Assembly (NCBI RefSeq): GCF_009914755.1
Contig: NC_060929.1
From: the human T2T-CHM13v2.0 reference genome, Homo sapiens
Direction: 5' to 3' (one strand)
Length of the DNA stretch: 64,000 nt
The notes under the pieces: generated by a model
Databases searched by the model: none
Told to the model about the DNA's origin: nothing
The model's input: the letters and a program-made list of their open reading frames with translations, nothing else
In this document: one piece after another, positions 28,941 to 44,873 of the stretch
How the letters are laid out: every line of letters starts with the position of its first letter
How positions within the stretch are numbered: the stretch's first letter is position 1
Position numbers and translations under genes: made by a program

Positions 28941-30668
28941 ACTTCCAACGGCTTTACCCAACCCACCTCTCTCATCCTCTCATTCCACATGTTAAGACCC
29001 ACGCAGCTAGGCCAGGAAGAGCTACTGCTTTTTGGCACTTGCTATTCTTGTTCTATCTTCAGTACTGCACTTGGTCACCGCTGTTGAGCAAGGATTGTAT
29101 GCCCCTTAACTGGGAATAATTATTGCCTCTCTTGATGGATTAAAATTTTTTCTTTTGCAAAAAATCTCAAGTCTCTACAACGTAGGATGCCTAGTGATGA
29201 TATAATTTACGCTAGCAAACAGGCAAAAGTAATAAAGAAACTGGGCACATGGATTCTTAGAATGTTAAAGCTGAATGGGGCCTTAGGAATCATCTGGAGA
29301 ACAGCCTCTGGTCTCCTCCTGTGACCCAGAGAGAAGTGACTTATCCCAAGGTACACAGGGAACTAATAAGATTCAAACATACAGACAATTTGCATGAATG
29401 ACTTCCTTCAATGTTGAGCAGTTAGTATGTACAAACTCAAAGGTAGATGCTAGGTAGGAAGTGGTGGGTGGACTCAAAGATAAAGCAGTCCTTGATCCTG
29501 CCCCCAAGGAAACTGCTATATCTTAGAGGAGAAAATAAAAATTGGTGAGTAACTAGAGCTCAGGATAGGAACAGGGCTTCTAGGTACAGATAAGGAAATG
29601 GACCACATGCGTTGATCTCCTCTCTTTACTAAATCCCTACGAAGAAAATACTAAATCATTTTAAATCACTCACAAGGACAACAACAGGACAGGAGGCAAC
29701 AGTAGATGAAAGACTTAAACAGCTTTTTAACAATGAAAAAACAGAAAGAGCAGTGGTAACTGACTTAGCAGAATAGAGAAAGTTACAACCCAAGTACTTA
29801 CAGGGGTAAGTAATTTTTCTTGCCAAAAAGAAGTGAAACCCTTCACCCTACAGCACGATAGAGGAGCTCACAGTTGGAATAAGACACATCCCCTTTTCAA
29901 CCCTGGCACCCACTCAGGTGACTACCTCAACCTTGCCAAGAAGTAGAAAGTTTATTCTCCAGATAAATTGAACGAGAGGCAATCTGAATTTGGAAACTAT
30001 CAGAGAGGCCAGGGATGAACAGGCACTGAAAATAGTGGAATTAAGTGAAAAATGGACACTTAGCTCCCAATCTGTCTTTCCCATTCCTAAAATGCCAGTC
30101 TCCTTCCCCAACTACTTACCAAGACAGCAGCCTGGAGGATTCTTCTCTAGAGAAACAAAAAAGTACAGAGCCAGAGAAAAAGACTCCATAACTGACACTT
30201 GGGGAGTAGTCGTGGTGTCTCTCAAAGAAAGTTTAGTTTTCCACCTCGTCAACTCATAATAAAGACCACCAGTGCACACAGCATTCCTGGAAGCTTTTTG
30301 GTGCCTCTTGAATATGAACAGGAAGCTTTAAATGGTTGAGGAAAGCCTCCGAGGTGAAAGATAGAGACCAAATCAAGAGAATGAGGCAGGCTGTAACATA
30401 CTAGAATAGTGCAGATTGCAGAATAAAATGTCAAGAGAACTAGAATTACAAAATCAGAGAGATGAGAAAACACTGCATTCATAAACTAAGTGTAAAATGG
30501 TATGTAAAAGGAAGGATGAGAGATCAACAAAAATACTCTTGGAAATTAAAAAGATGAACACTGAAATGAAACGGAAAGTTTAGTAGAAGGCTTGGAAGGT
30601 GAAATTAATGAAATTTCCCAGAAAACAGAATAAAGAGATGGAAAAATAGAAAAGATAATATATATTCG

Positions 30669-30957
30669 AGCGTGCTACGCAATAGGAATACATTACAAGC
30701 TGCATTTGTAATTTAATTTTTCTATTAGCCACATTAAAAAGGTAGGAATAAACAGGATTAATTTTTATAATATATTCTATTTAACCCAGTAAATCTGAGA
30801 CCATATCATTTCAACATGTAATCAACATACAATTATTAACAAAATATTTACAATCTTTTTGTCCTACCCAGTCTTACAACATTCCTCAATTTTGATAATA
30901 TATGTTTCAAATGTTCAATGACCAAAGTGGCAAGGGGCTATCATATTGGACAGCACA
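30669..30957. mobile_element. MER33/MER3-like hAT-Charlie MITE
   Basis: TTTTTCTATTAGCCACATTAAAAA core and ATATTGGACAGCAC terminus. Confidence 0.7.
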
Positions 30958-31263
30958 TATATAGAAGATCAGTCCAGAAGGTCTAATATCTGTATAACAG
31001 AATTCCAGAAAGAGCAAAAAGCACATAGACATGGGATTCTGGAAAAAGAGGGCTCACTACAAGGCAAAAAAAGGACACCATCAGGAGGACAAGCGTGTGG
31101 CAGAGCGCTGCTCCCAATTCCAGGTGGGGCCAGAAGAGAATGGAGGCTCCAGGAGGGAGGGCTCTGTATCAAAACACTAATGTAATGCTTAAAAATTTGG
31201 AAAAATTAATTCACCCATTGTTTGACAAATTTATTGAAGCATTTGGAAAAAGTTAATGATGGA

Positions 31264-31570
31264 TTTATTTATTATTTATTATTATTTTTTGAGACAGAGT
31301 CTCACTCTGTTGCCCAGGCTAGAGTGCAATGGCACGATCTTGGCTCACTGCAACCTCAGTCCCGAGTTCAAGAAATTCTCCTGCCTCAGCCTCCCAAGTA
31401 GCTGGGATTACAGGCACCTGCCACCATGCCCAGCTAATTTTTGTATTTTTAGTAGAGAAGGGGTTTCACCATGTTGTTCAGGCTGGTCTCGAACTTCTGA
31501 CCTCAGGTGATCCACCCACCTCAGCCTCCCAAAATGCTGGGATTATAGGTGTGAGCCACCGTGCCCAGCC
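31264..31570 (-). mobile_element. AluS
   Basis: Full dimer; TSD TA(A/G)TGA(T/C)GGATTT. Confidence 0.95.
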
Positions 31571-32329
31571 TAGTGACGGATTTGCAGAAAATTAAAATGA
31601 AAAATATTGAGGCTATTATTAAATATGAGGAAAATAATCATGTGAGAAATCAAACATATAATCATAGTACACTAATAGGTTTAAGAGAATGAGATCCTCA
31701 GTTATCATGGGAAGTTGATAAATGTTGCTGAGCATGGAGAAACCAAGAATCAAGCAGCATAAGCCTTGATTCCTGTAAGTGATTTTTATAAGAAATATGG
31801 AAGTAAATACCAGAAGCAGCAGACAGAAGAGCTAAATGTGGCTCTGGGAAGCGAGATTGAGAGGATGGTGGGAGTCCGCTGTGTTTTGCAACCTTTTAAT
31901 ATTTGATTTTTAAAAAAACTCTATCCATGTAATATATTGATTAAAAAACAAGTAATACATACATAAGAAACTAATAATGTTAATATAGATACATGCTAAA
32001 AGAATTAAGACTGGAGAGATTATATGCTTCCAGAAAGAGGGGAGGAGAAAACGCTTTTTGGAGTTGTGATTTTTTAGTCCTCCTTGAAAGATTATTACAG
32101 TGTCTAGTATAGTAATTTCCAGCTTCTTCCCCCCAGCATGGGGAGATGTTTAAATGAATAACAAACATCGATCCACAGATGTCTACAAAATTGGGAAGGA
32201 TGGTGAAAATACTACATCCTTTGTGGTTATGTTTCCTTTTTGACTGCTCAGTTTGCTGTAACTGGTGAGCTTGCTTTTAGAAGTTGGAGCTAGAAGCATC
32301 TTAAAGATGATCTAATTTTGTAACCCCCA

Positions 32330-32745
32330 GACTTGGTAAATCATGATACTCACCCGGGGGGTATTTAATACAAGTCCTATTCCTGGGCCCAGGCCCAGAT
32401 CCACTGTATCAGAATCTCCAGGGATGCAGCCCCACAATCTGCATTTTTACAAACCTCATGGAAGGATTTTGGCAATTAGCCAGGAGTGATAAGCTCTCTC
32501 CTGAATAGCTACATCTTCATTTTACAGTTTGGGGAAACTAACACATTAGAGGTGACACCAGTGCTTCTCAAAGTGTGACCCTTGCACTGGCATCTTTAGC
32601 AACATCTGGGAACTTGTTAGAAGTTAGAATTTGTTAGAGCTTGTGAATTCTCAGGCCCCACTCCAGACTTACTGAATCAGAAATTCTGTGTTTTAATTAA
32701 ACCTCCAGGTGAGTATGATGAACACTCAAGCGTGAGGACTGTTGT
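32330..32745. mobile_element. Two MER5-like hAT MITE fragments
   Basis: ATCAGAATCTCCAGGG...ATCTGCATTTTTACAA and CAGTGCTTCTCAAAGTG...TACTGAATCAGAAA motifs. Confidence 0.65.
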
Positions 32746-32815
32746 GTTAAATTATCACCCCAGGGTAGCAGTTGGTATAATAGACAGCTAGGTCCAAAAG
32801 GGGTCTTACTCACGA

Positions 32816-33076
32816 TTTCTTTTTTTGAAAAGAACGCAGTGGCATGGTCTCGGCTCACTGCAACCTCTGCCTCCCAGGTTCAAGTGATTCTCCTGCCTCG
32901 GCCTCCGCCTCGGCCTCCTGAGTAGATGGGATTACAGGTGCACGCCACCACGCCCTGCTAATTTTTGTATTTTTAGCAGAGATGGGGTTTCACCATGTTG
33001 GCCAGGCTGATCTCAAACCCCTGGCCTTGGCCTCCCAAAATGCTGGGATTACAGGCATGAGCCACCGCACCCAGCC
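32816..33076 (-). mobile_element. AluS with internal deletions
   Basis: Dimer missing short segments; TSD CTT(A/C)CTCA(C/T)GATTT. Confidence 0.9.
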
Positions 33077-36000
33077 CTTCCTCATGATTTAATCACATCC
33101 CTCATTTTATGGAAGAGAGATGGAGATCCAAAAAAATGTAGATGACTTGCCCACCAGAGTAGCAGCAGCTGTCTTGGTGCCAGAAGGAAGACAGTCCCTA
33201 CAGTCTGAAAATGTGAATGCCAAAAAGGTCCAGACAGCCTGAGCCCTCAATCACATCAATAAACTGCTGGACTGAGCTCAGGACCACCCATTGCCAGACC
33301 TCCCTAGTGGTGAGGAGCACCGCTGTTCAAACCGGTGTCAGTCAGGTGTTCTGTTACTGCAGCTAAACACATTCTATGGGATCCAGGAGTCTTCTTACAA
33401 CTCTCTGAGATTTTTTCATATGACCTCCTACTTGAGATGACTTGGACAGCTGTGGCATAGTATATGGAATCCAAACTGAAAGGTTCCTGTTGGCCCCTTC
33501 CTCTGGGCTCCCATAGGACCTTATCAAATCTTTCTCACACCACTTGGTCCACTACTGCTATAACGGTTAGTTACGGGGTCACGAGCTTCTCCATTTTGTA
33601 TCCCCAGAGCCTAGCATGGTGCCTGGCACACAGCAGGTGTTGAATGAACGGTTGTGTCATGAATGGATGAACAGGTTCTAACTCTGTGTTCATGTTAGAA
33701 ATCAGTATGTGACTACTGCTCCTCTTTTATTTTGTCTATGGGACAAGCTATTGCCTCACTCAAGTGTTTGCTAACTTCCCTGCCTATTTATAAACAATTT
33801 AACTATTTCATTTTCAATGTAGCCTTTCCCCTAACAGAAACATGCGGCTTTTATTCTTAGTCATAATTTTCCCACTGCTTCTGGGATGTCTATCTCTGTC
33901 TTTGGTAGAAGTGGATGTGAAGGCTGGATATTCAGAGGAGAACTACCCTTAACTGGCTTTACCTGTAAACGAAATTGTGCTCTGCCCAGAATCTGGAGGG
34001 GGTGGAGGGAGTGGAGGGTCTACATTGAGTTGCGGGGAGTGGAGAGTGGAGGAATCAGGGCAGTGGTGTTAGCTGCCCTGCCTGGCTGAGCAGTCACTGG
34101 TAAGGAGGCTGCCAGACCCCCCCAGGGCCAAACCACGGCCAAGGCCAAGTTACAGTGTCTAGGATCCTTATACCATAGATCTTTAAAAGGAGGCCACAGT
34201 GCCCAAGGACTCAGAGTAGGCTCCCCTTTCCATTTCCTCATGGCTTTCTGGTCAGAGAAAGAGGCTGTGAGCTGACAGTCGCTTTTGTCAGGGAAGAGGG
34301 GAGGAAGACACCAGCATGAACCAGATGAACCGGGCACTCCTCCCTGGGAAGCCTGCCCAGCTGTGGCATTGTCAGCAGCCTGCTGGAGGCCCCGCACACC
34401 TAAGAAGTCAGGGGAGTAGATGCTGGTTTTGGGGAGGGAGGTGGTCTCTGCTCTGCAGGAGGAAAGTCTCTCCAAAATGAGAGTTTGGAGCAGGCAAAGA
34501 CTGACAGATTATTTTCCTCAATTTCGTCTTGTGTCCACTTTACCTCCAGGACTCTGGATAACTCGTCAGAAAATTGTTTGCTTTTAAAAGGAGCAGGGGA
34601 GATGTCAAGTGCTGTCTTTCTCCATGAGATAACCTAACAAATGTCAATTTTCTGCAATGTCAAGTTGTCCAGCTCAGCCGGATCACATTGACAATAGACT
34701 CCCATCCCTTTTCCCAGGGCTGGTGGAAACACGCCCTCGGAGCAGAAGATTGGCTCCAGTTCTTCCAGGCAATCCTGCCCTAATTCTAGCTGCAGCAGGC
34801 AGTCCTGGACCCTGGGCTCCAGAAAACCTTTTTTTCCCTTTGTTCCTCCAGGGTGGGGTGGCAGCAGCTCTCTGCTATTGCTAATCTCTGATTGCTTCAC
34901 CATCTCCTGTTTGGCTTTCAGCTCTTCTATCATGTAGGTAACCACGTGCCTGCATTAAATTCCATGGCTTTGTAATTTTTGGTTTCTGTTTTCCTGGTGG
35001 GGCCCCGGCTGATGAAAGCACTTACTGTGTGTGAGGCTTGATATAAAGTGCCATAGATACTACATCCTATGAGGACGGGCCTGTTATCATTCTGCTTCTG
35101 CATCTGTGGAAATTACGGCTCAAATGAAGTCAATTGTCCAAGTTCACATAGCTCATGAATGACAGAATAGGGCTTGGGGCCCAACGGTGCCACTCCAAGG
35201 TCCATGCTCTGAAACACAAAACTAATAATCTATATCCCATTTATGAAACCTTGGGGTGAGCTTTGAGGGTGGGAATCCAAGCGGTTTGTTTCCTTTCACT
35301 GGAATGTTTCGGTCTCAACTGAAATCTCACTTCCCTGAGGAAGCCTTCCCTATCACCCATAGTTGACATTGAATGTCCCCATCCCTGCATCTCCTAAAGC
35401 CCCTAGGGCTTTCTTCTTCTGTCTCCACAATGTATTGTATTTGCTTGTCTGCTGTTTGTTTTTCCACTAAACTGGAATTGCTTGAGGACAGAGACTGTAC
35501 TTCCTTTATTCATTATTCTATTCCCACTACCTTGCACACTCAAGATTTGATGAATAAATGACTGAATCACTCAAACACTAGAGAGACATTGCTGCTTAAG
35601 AAGGTCTGACTGAGTCTCCACATTGCCTGTGCCACCTAAGTTTCAAGCTCCTGTTTGGCTTTCAAGATCCTTCATATCTGGCCGGACTATTGGTCCAACT
35701 TAGCTTCCCACCATGACTCCTGAGTCCAGCCAGACCTCCACTCACACAGGCCAGAAAGTTTGTTACCTTTCTCAACCCCCTTCTTAGACGCACAGCTCTT
35801 CCCCAGCACCATTGGAACTTCTTGCCTTCCATAATTACACCCCGCCATCCTTCAAGGCTCCTCCTCCCTGTCTTCTCCATAGGCACCCCAGGCAACTTTA
35901 TTCCTATCTGAAAACTCTTATCATGCATGCCTTTCAGTTGTCCTTTTCAGCATCTGAATACCCATTTCCCACCATCTACCCACAAGTGCTCTAGAGGCAG

Positions 36001-37180
36001 AGCCTACATCACATGATAGAAGCAGAAAAATGTCGAAAAGTTGCTTTCCCAAGCCTCACTTGCCAAAGCGAGGGCGTGAACCCATGTCCTAAGCTCCACC
36101 TATCAGACACACTCACCCTGGACTGAAATGGGAGCCGGTGTTGCAGAGCAAGGAGGGTAATGCAGTGCTTTCTCTGTTTATGATGGCGGCAGCGGCCAGA
36201 CTGAGTCCCCGGAACAGCCATGGCAGAGAGGCACTGCTTGTGTCCAGTGCCCAGAGGTAGCCATGTAGGCAGTACTAACGGGCATAGTGCCCTATCAGGA
36301 CCTGTTCTGAGTCTTCATTCGGGGATTGCTCTTAACTGCGTAAGCTTGAGCCTAGTCTTTCAGGCCTCCCAGTGGTGAAAACTGCCTAACATCCGTTCTT
36401 TAAAAAGCAGCTATTTTGAAGTATAATTAACATACAATAAACTTGAATTGTACATGCTTGAAATGTACAATTTGATAAATTTTACCATGTGGAGAAACCT
36501 GTGAAACCATGACCACAATCAAGAAAGTGAACTTCCACATCATGCTCAAAAGTTCCCTCATGCCCGCCTGGTCACCACAAATGCCAGTGGCTGCTTTAGC
36601 ACTGGGGGAGTTCTGAATTAGGAAAGATGAAGGCAAGCCCTTTGGCTGTTCTTCCAGGAGCTACCAGAGAGCTCGAAACAAATCATGAACATTCAGTGTG
36701 AATGGGGTCTACTCTGCTCCCTCTGGTGCTGGTACCAGGCATGTGGGCTGCCTGGTACAACTGAGCATAAAACACTAAGATTTATACGGACCTCACCCAG
36801 CCCTAGATTAAGGGGTGGCCCTTTGGTCGATTTAAGCTCTCAGTGTATCTCATTCCTTTATCCACAGAAATTGACTCAAGAATCAGTCATAACCCAGGCT
36901 CAGGCTAACAAGGATGTTACATTACTCCAGCCATAGGAACTAGTTTAAGTATGGCCATGTGTTTTCTAAATAGGTTCAATCATGGTGAACTTCAGGAATT
37001 TTTCTAGAGCTACAGAAAACAGATTTGTCTTTCTTTTATGGGCTTGATAGGGGTGTCCAGTAGTAAATATAGTGGCAGTTGACACCTTTAATGACAATGT
37101 ATAGTCCAAAGGGAAATGTTTATAACAAAACAGGGTTAAATGAGAGTCGATCTTGTTTTTTAGAATTGAGTGAAGAAAGG

Positions 37181-37545
37181 CGTATCAGTCAAGACAGGCT
37201 AGGTTATGCTGCAGTAACAAACAACTTAAAATCTCAGAAGCTTAGAGCAACAAGGGTTTATTTCTTGCTCAAATTACATGTCCATTATTGTGTTACATGC
37301 TCTCTTCCCTAGGGCCTAGGCTAATGGAGCAGCCTCTTCGTAGCACATTGCCAGGTATCAGGCAGAGGGATGAGAAAACATGGAGGACTATGTGTTAAAT
37401 CTTAAAGGTTCTGCTCAGAGGTGACTGTTGTTACCTACACCCATTTCATTGGCCAAAGTAAGTCACATGGCCACACCTGACTTCAAAAATGGATGTGTAC
37501 AATTCTCCGGTGGGAAGCAGCACTAAATATGCATAAATAAGTGAC
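37181..37545. mobile_element. MLT1-like LTR
   Basis: AGGCTAGGTTATGCTGCAGTAACAAACAAC...CATTGGCCAAAGTAAGTCACATGGCCACACCTGAC. Confidence 0.75.
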
Positions 37546-38985
37546 GTTTATCAGAGCACGTGTTGCCTCAAAAATTATAACCTAAGGAAAGAGATATTTG
37601 TAAATTAAAAAAGGGTTGGCTCATATAAGAAAAAACAGAAAATATGAATAGGTCAATATCTATTAAAGAAATTGAATCAGTAATTAATAACCTTCAAAAA
37701 CAGAAAGCACCAGGCCCAGATGAGTTCACTGGACAATTAAGCCAAACATTTAAGGAAGAAGTTATACCAATTCTTTATAATCTCTTTCAGAGGATAAAAG
37801 CCGAGGGAATACTTCCCAACTCATCCTATGAAGGCAGCGTTACCCTAATAACAAACCAGACAAAGGCATTATGAGAAAAGAAAACTACAGGTCAATATCA
37901 CTCATGAACATATTAGTAGATGCAAAAATCCTCAACAACATATTAGCAAATAGAATTCAATAATGTGTAAAAGGACTTATATGCCACAGCCAAACAGGAT
38001 TTATCCCAGGTATGCAAGATTGGCTCAACATTCAAAAATCAATTAATGTAATCCATCACATCAACAGGCTAAAAATGAAAATTCACATGATCATATCAAT
38101 GGATGCAGAAAAAACATTTGACAAAATCGAACATTCATTCATGATAAAAACTCTCAATAAGAGAGTTACTATTAAGAGAGGAATAGAGGAAGACTTCCTA
38201 ACTTGATAAAAGAATATCCATGACAAACCTATAGCTAACATTATGCTTAATGGTGAGAAACTGGAAGCTTTCCCATGAAGATCAAGAACAAGGCAAGAAT
38301 GTCACCTCTCACCACTACTCTTCAACATCACAAAGGAAGTTCTAGCTTATGCAATAGGACAAGAAAATAAAATAAAAGGTATACAGATTGGGAAGGAGGA
38401 AATAAAACTGTCTATGCACAGATCAGGTGATTGTCTATGTAGAAAACCCAAAAGAATTGACAAAGAAAAACTTCCTGAAAGTAAAAAGTGATTATAGAAA
38501 AACTTCAGAATACAAGGTTAATATAAAAAAGTCTACTGCTTTCCTATATACCAGCAATGAAAAAGTGAAATTTGAAATTTTAAACACATTATCATTTATA
38601 TTAGCACTCCTTAAAAATGAAATGCTTAGGAATAAATCTAACAATATACGTATAGGATCTATATGAGGAAAACTATATAATTTTTGTGAATGAAATATAA
38701 GATCTAAATAAATAGAGGGACATTTGAGATTCATGGATAGGAAGACAATATTCTCAAGATGTTAGTTCTTCCCAACTTGATCTGTAGAGTCAATGCAATC
38801 ACAGACAAATCTCAGCACATTATTCAAGTCACATGGCCACACCTGACTTCAAAAACGAAGTGTGTACAATTCTCCTGTGGGAAGGAACACTAAATATGCA
38901 GAAATAAGTGATGTTTATCAGAGAACATGTCACCTCAAAAATTATAACCTAAGGTTGTAAGAATCAGCAAACTGATTCTAAATGG

Positions 38986-39285
<300 letters not shown>

Positions 39286-40580
39286 TGATGCTAAAGTTTA
39301 TATAGAGGACCGAAAGACCCAGAATAACTAACACCATGTTGAAGGGGAAGGACAAAGGTAGAAGACTGATACTACCCAATTCAAGAGTTACTACAAAGCT
39401 GCAGTAATCAAGACTGTGGTACTGGCAAAAGAACAGACAAGTGGACCAATAGAACAAAACAGAAGCCCAGAAATAGATACACATAAATATAGTCAAATGA
39501 TCTTGACAAAGAAGTAAAGGTAAGAACATGGAGCAAACATGGTCTTTTCCACAGATGGTGCTGGAACAACTAAATGTCCAAATGCAAAAAAAAAAAAAAA
39601 AATCTAGAGTTATACCCTTCACAAAAGACTTTACACCCTTCACAAGAATGAACTCAAAATGTATCATAGACCTAAGTGTAAATACAAAACTTTAAAACTT
39701 CTAGAAGTTAACAAAGGAGAAAACCTAGATGACCTTGGGTTTGGTGTTGATTTTTTAGATACAAGAACAAAGTCATGATCCATGAAATAAATAATTGATA
39801 AACTATACTTCATTGAAATTAAAAACTTCTGCTCTGCAAACACAATGTCAAGATAATGAGAAGAGAGGCCACAGACTGGGAAAAAATATTTGCAAAAGAC
39901 ATATTTGATAAAGGACTGTTATCCAAAATATACAATGAACTCTTAAAACTCAACAATAAGAAAATAAATGACCCAATTTTAAGGACAAGCCACAGACTGG
40001 GAAAAAAATATTTGCAAAAGGCACATCTCACAAAGGGCTGTTAGCCAAAATATATGATGAACTATTAAAACTCAAAAATAAGAAAACAAATAACCCAATT
40101 TTAAGATGGGCTAAAAGACTTTAACAACCACTTCACCGAAGAAGATATACAGATGGGAAATAATCATATGAAACGATGCTCCACATCATTTGTCATCAGG
40201 GAAATGCAAACTAGAACAACTATGAGCTACAACTACACATCTATTAGAATGGTCAAAATCTAGAACACTGACAATACCAAATGCTGGCATAGATGTGGAA
40301 CAAAAATTCTCATTTGTTGCTGGTGGAATGCAAAATGTGACAGTCTCTTTCGAAGACAGTTTGGAGGTTCTTACAAAACTAAACATACTCTTAACCATAT
40401 GATCCAGCAATTACACCCCTTGGTATTTACCTAAAGGAGTTGAAAACTTATGTCCAAACAAAAACCTGCACATAAATGTTTTTAGTTGCTTTATTCATAA
40501 TTGCCAAAACTTGGAAGCAACCAATATGTCTTTCAGTAGGTGAATGGATAAATAAACTATAATACAACCAGACAGTAAAT

Positions 40581-40905
40581 CTTCTTTTCATTCTTTTTTC
40601 TTTCTCTTTTTTTTTTTTTTTTTTTGAGACAGAGTCTTGCTCTGTCACCCAGACTAGAGTGCAGTGGCACAGTCTCAGCTCAAGACAGCCTCAGTCTCCT
40701 GGGTTCAAGTGATCCTTCTAACTCAGCCTCCCAAGTAGCTAGGACTACAGGTGTGCACCACCACGCCCGGCTAATCTTTGTATTTTTTTGTAGAGATGGG
40801 TTTTCATATTGCCCAGGCTGGTCTTGAAATCTTGGGCTCCAGCAATCTGCCCACCTCAGCCTCCCAAAGTGCTGGGACTACAGGCATGAGCCACCATGCC
40901 TGGCC
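40581..40905 (-). mobile_element. AluJ-like in L1
   Basis: Full dimer; TSD CAGACAGT(A/G)AAT. Confidence 0.93.
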
Positions 40906-41233
40906 AGACAGTGAATTTCCTTCAGTGCTATGAAAAGACATGGAGGAAACTTAAAAGTATATTACTAAGTGAAAGAAGTGAATCTGAAAAGGCTACATAC
41001 TATATGATTCCAATTATATGGCATTCTGAAAAATGCAAAATACAAAGACAATAAAAAGATCAGTGATTGCCAGGGGTTGCGGAGGGGATGGAGGAAGGAT
41101 GAATAGCTGAAGCACAGAGGATTTTTAGGGCAGTGAAAATGCTCTGTACAATACTATAGTGAAGGATATATAACATTGTCCAAACACATAGAATGTACAA
41201 CACCAAAAGTGAACCTTAATGTAAACTATGAAA

Positions 41234-41525
<292 letters not shown>

Positions 41526-42162
41526 TTAAACTATGAATCTTTGATGATCATGATGTGCCAAGGTAGGTTCATCAGTTGTAACAAATGTACCACTCTGGTG
41601 GAATGCTGATGATGGGGAGGTTGTGCATGTGTGGGGTCAGAAAGTGTATGGGAAATCTCTGTACCTTCCACTCAATTTTGCTGTGAACCTAAAACTCCTC
41701 TAAAAAAAAATCTTTAAAAAAGGGTGGGGGAGTCTTGGCAGTTCAAAAGAGGGTAACACCTTACTATTATTGGAACATGAAATATGCATTTATAACTGTG
41801 TAGTAACTTTTACGTCTCATTTCTACATAAGTATTGCACAAAGCACCTATCTTGTAACTTTCTTTGATTACAAATGAAGTAAGTGTTCCTTTGAAGTATT
41901 TATTGATCATTTTCTGGCTCTTTTGTGAAATGCCACCTTGTGTTCTTTGCCTATTTTTCTATTAAGCTATTTCCTTTTGGTTTTTAGTGATTTATGCATA
42001 TATTCTAGATACCAATCTTTTGTTAGATGTATTATAAATATATTTTTCCAGTTTGTGACTAGTCTTTCCCTTCTGTAGTTTTTTTCATGTCAAATTGATC
42101 AATTTTTTCTTTGAGTATTTCACTTTTTTGTGTCTTAAGAAATTCTTACTTGAAAAACTTGA

Positions 42163-42496
<334 letters not shown>

Positions 42497-42920
42497 TAAA
42501 CACTTTACTCTTCATCCTACTTTGAAACAACTCATGGTAGAGTTAGGCAATCATGGACGTTAGCTTGCTCAATGGCAATGTCATAAAACAGGAATTTCTC
42601 TCATATTACACAGACACAGCTGACTTATTAGACATTTCATTGTGCCATCTCTGTGACCTTTGGCAAGCCTCAGTTTCCATAATAACACCACCTGCTTTTT
42701 TCAAAGTATCACAGGCTGATTTGAAGAAGTGGAAAATACCATTTGTGTTCCAAACTGCACAATGAATGTGAAAGAGGTTTGCAAACTATAAAGCACTGTA
42801 CAAAATAAGGTTTCCATTTTATAATGTTACTTTATTCTTTTCTGCTATAATTAAAAGTATAACTTTCTTTTCCATAGGTCATATGATAAGAAAAGATTGA
42901 GCAATGAATATTCAGTAATG

Positions 42921-43236
42921 TTTATTTTTTATTTATTTTTTATTTTTTTAGACAGAGTCTAGCTCTGTTGCCCAGGCTGGAGTGCAGTGGCTCACTCGGC
43001 TCACTGCAAGCTCTGCCTCCCGGGTTCAAGTCCTGCCTCAGTCTCCCAAGTAGCTAGAACTACAGGCGCCCGCCACCATGCCCGGCTAATTTTTTTTTTT
43101 TCGTATTTTTTGTATTTTTAGTAGAGAGGGTTTCACCGTGTTAGCAAGGATGGTCTCGATCTCCTGACCTCATGATCCGCCTGCCTCGGCCTCCCCAAAG
43201 TGCTGGGATTACAGGTGTAAGCCACTGCGCCCTGCC
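42921..43236 (-). mobile_element. AluY/Sc-like
   Basis: CTGCAAGCTC and GGATGGTCTCGATCTCCTGACCTC diagnostic segments. Confidence 0.9.
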
Positions 43237-43634
43237 AGGAATGGTTTTAAAAATGAATGAATTTAACAGTGCAGATAAAGTTTAAATTCCTTCTGTTCCC
43301 TTCTACAGTACTGGTTCCTTTCTCTGTTCTCCTGAGGCAGCCAGTGTCACAAATATTTGTTTACACTCTCCTTACAGTTTTCTTAAAAAAGTATGCATCA
43401 ACAATGTTTAGAGTGTTACAAACCTATAGAAAAGTAGAGAGAAGAGTATGATGAACTCATATCTACCCATGAATGAGCTTCAGTGGTCAACACATTGTCA
43501 AGTTTGTTTCATCTATGCCTCCCCACTCCATATCCCACACCCTGTTGGGTTATTTGAAAGAAAAACTCAGCCATGTTGTAATGTAGTTAATACACACTTC
43601 AACAGAATCTCTAAAAAATATGGCACACTTACCC

Positions 43635-43993
43635 TGTTTATTAGTCAGTTTTCACGCTGCTGATAAAGACATACCCGAGACTGGGAAGAAAAAGAGGTTT
43701 AATTGGACTTACAGTTTCACATGGCTGAGGAGGCCTCAGAATCATGGTGGGAGGCGAAAGCCACTTCTTATCTGGCAGCGGCAAGAGAAAATGAGGAAGA
43801 CGCAAAAGCGGAAACCCCTGATAAACCCATCAGATCTCGTGAGACTTATTCACTACCACGAGAACAATATGGGGGAAACTGCCCCCATGATTCAAATTAT
43901 CTCCCACCTGGTCCCTCCCACAACAACACGTGGGAATTATGGGAGCTACAATTCAAATTGAGATTTGGGTGGGGACACAGCCAAACCATATCA
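43635..43993 (-). mobile_element. THE1 MaLR solo LTR
   Basis: TTTTCACGCTGCTGATAAAGACATACCCGAGACTGGG...GGGGACACAGCCAAACCATATCA. Confidence 0.92.
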
Positions 43994-44308
43994 CCCCTTG
44001 ACCTTTCTTTTCCCCCCACAAACATAATCACAATAATATTACCACACCTAATAAATTAACATTAATTCTTTAACATCATCGATTAATTAGTAACTGTTCA
44101 AATTTCTCCAATTGTTTCACACATTTTTTTTAAAAAGTATTTGAACAAGTTGAGAGTCCAAACAAGGTCCACATATTTATTTACTTGAATTTATTGAAAA
44201 AACTATGTCTTTTTTTCTGGAGAATTTCCACATCCTGGTGGTGTCATTTAATATATTCCTCTGCCCTCAGCATTTCCTATACACTGGTAGTTAGAGCCAG
44301 AGGTTTGA

Positions 44309-44873
<565 letters not shown>

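Larger units (their letters stand above)
29570..31950 (+). mobile_element. Very old L1M/HAL1-type 5'/ORF1 remnant with nested insertions
   Basis: EDQSRRSNICITEF resembles the L1 ORF1 'EDRSRRSNI' motif; A-rich plus strand. Confidence 0.55.
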
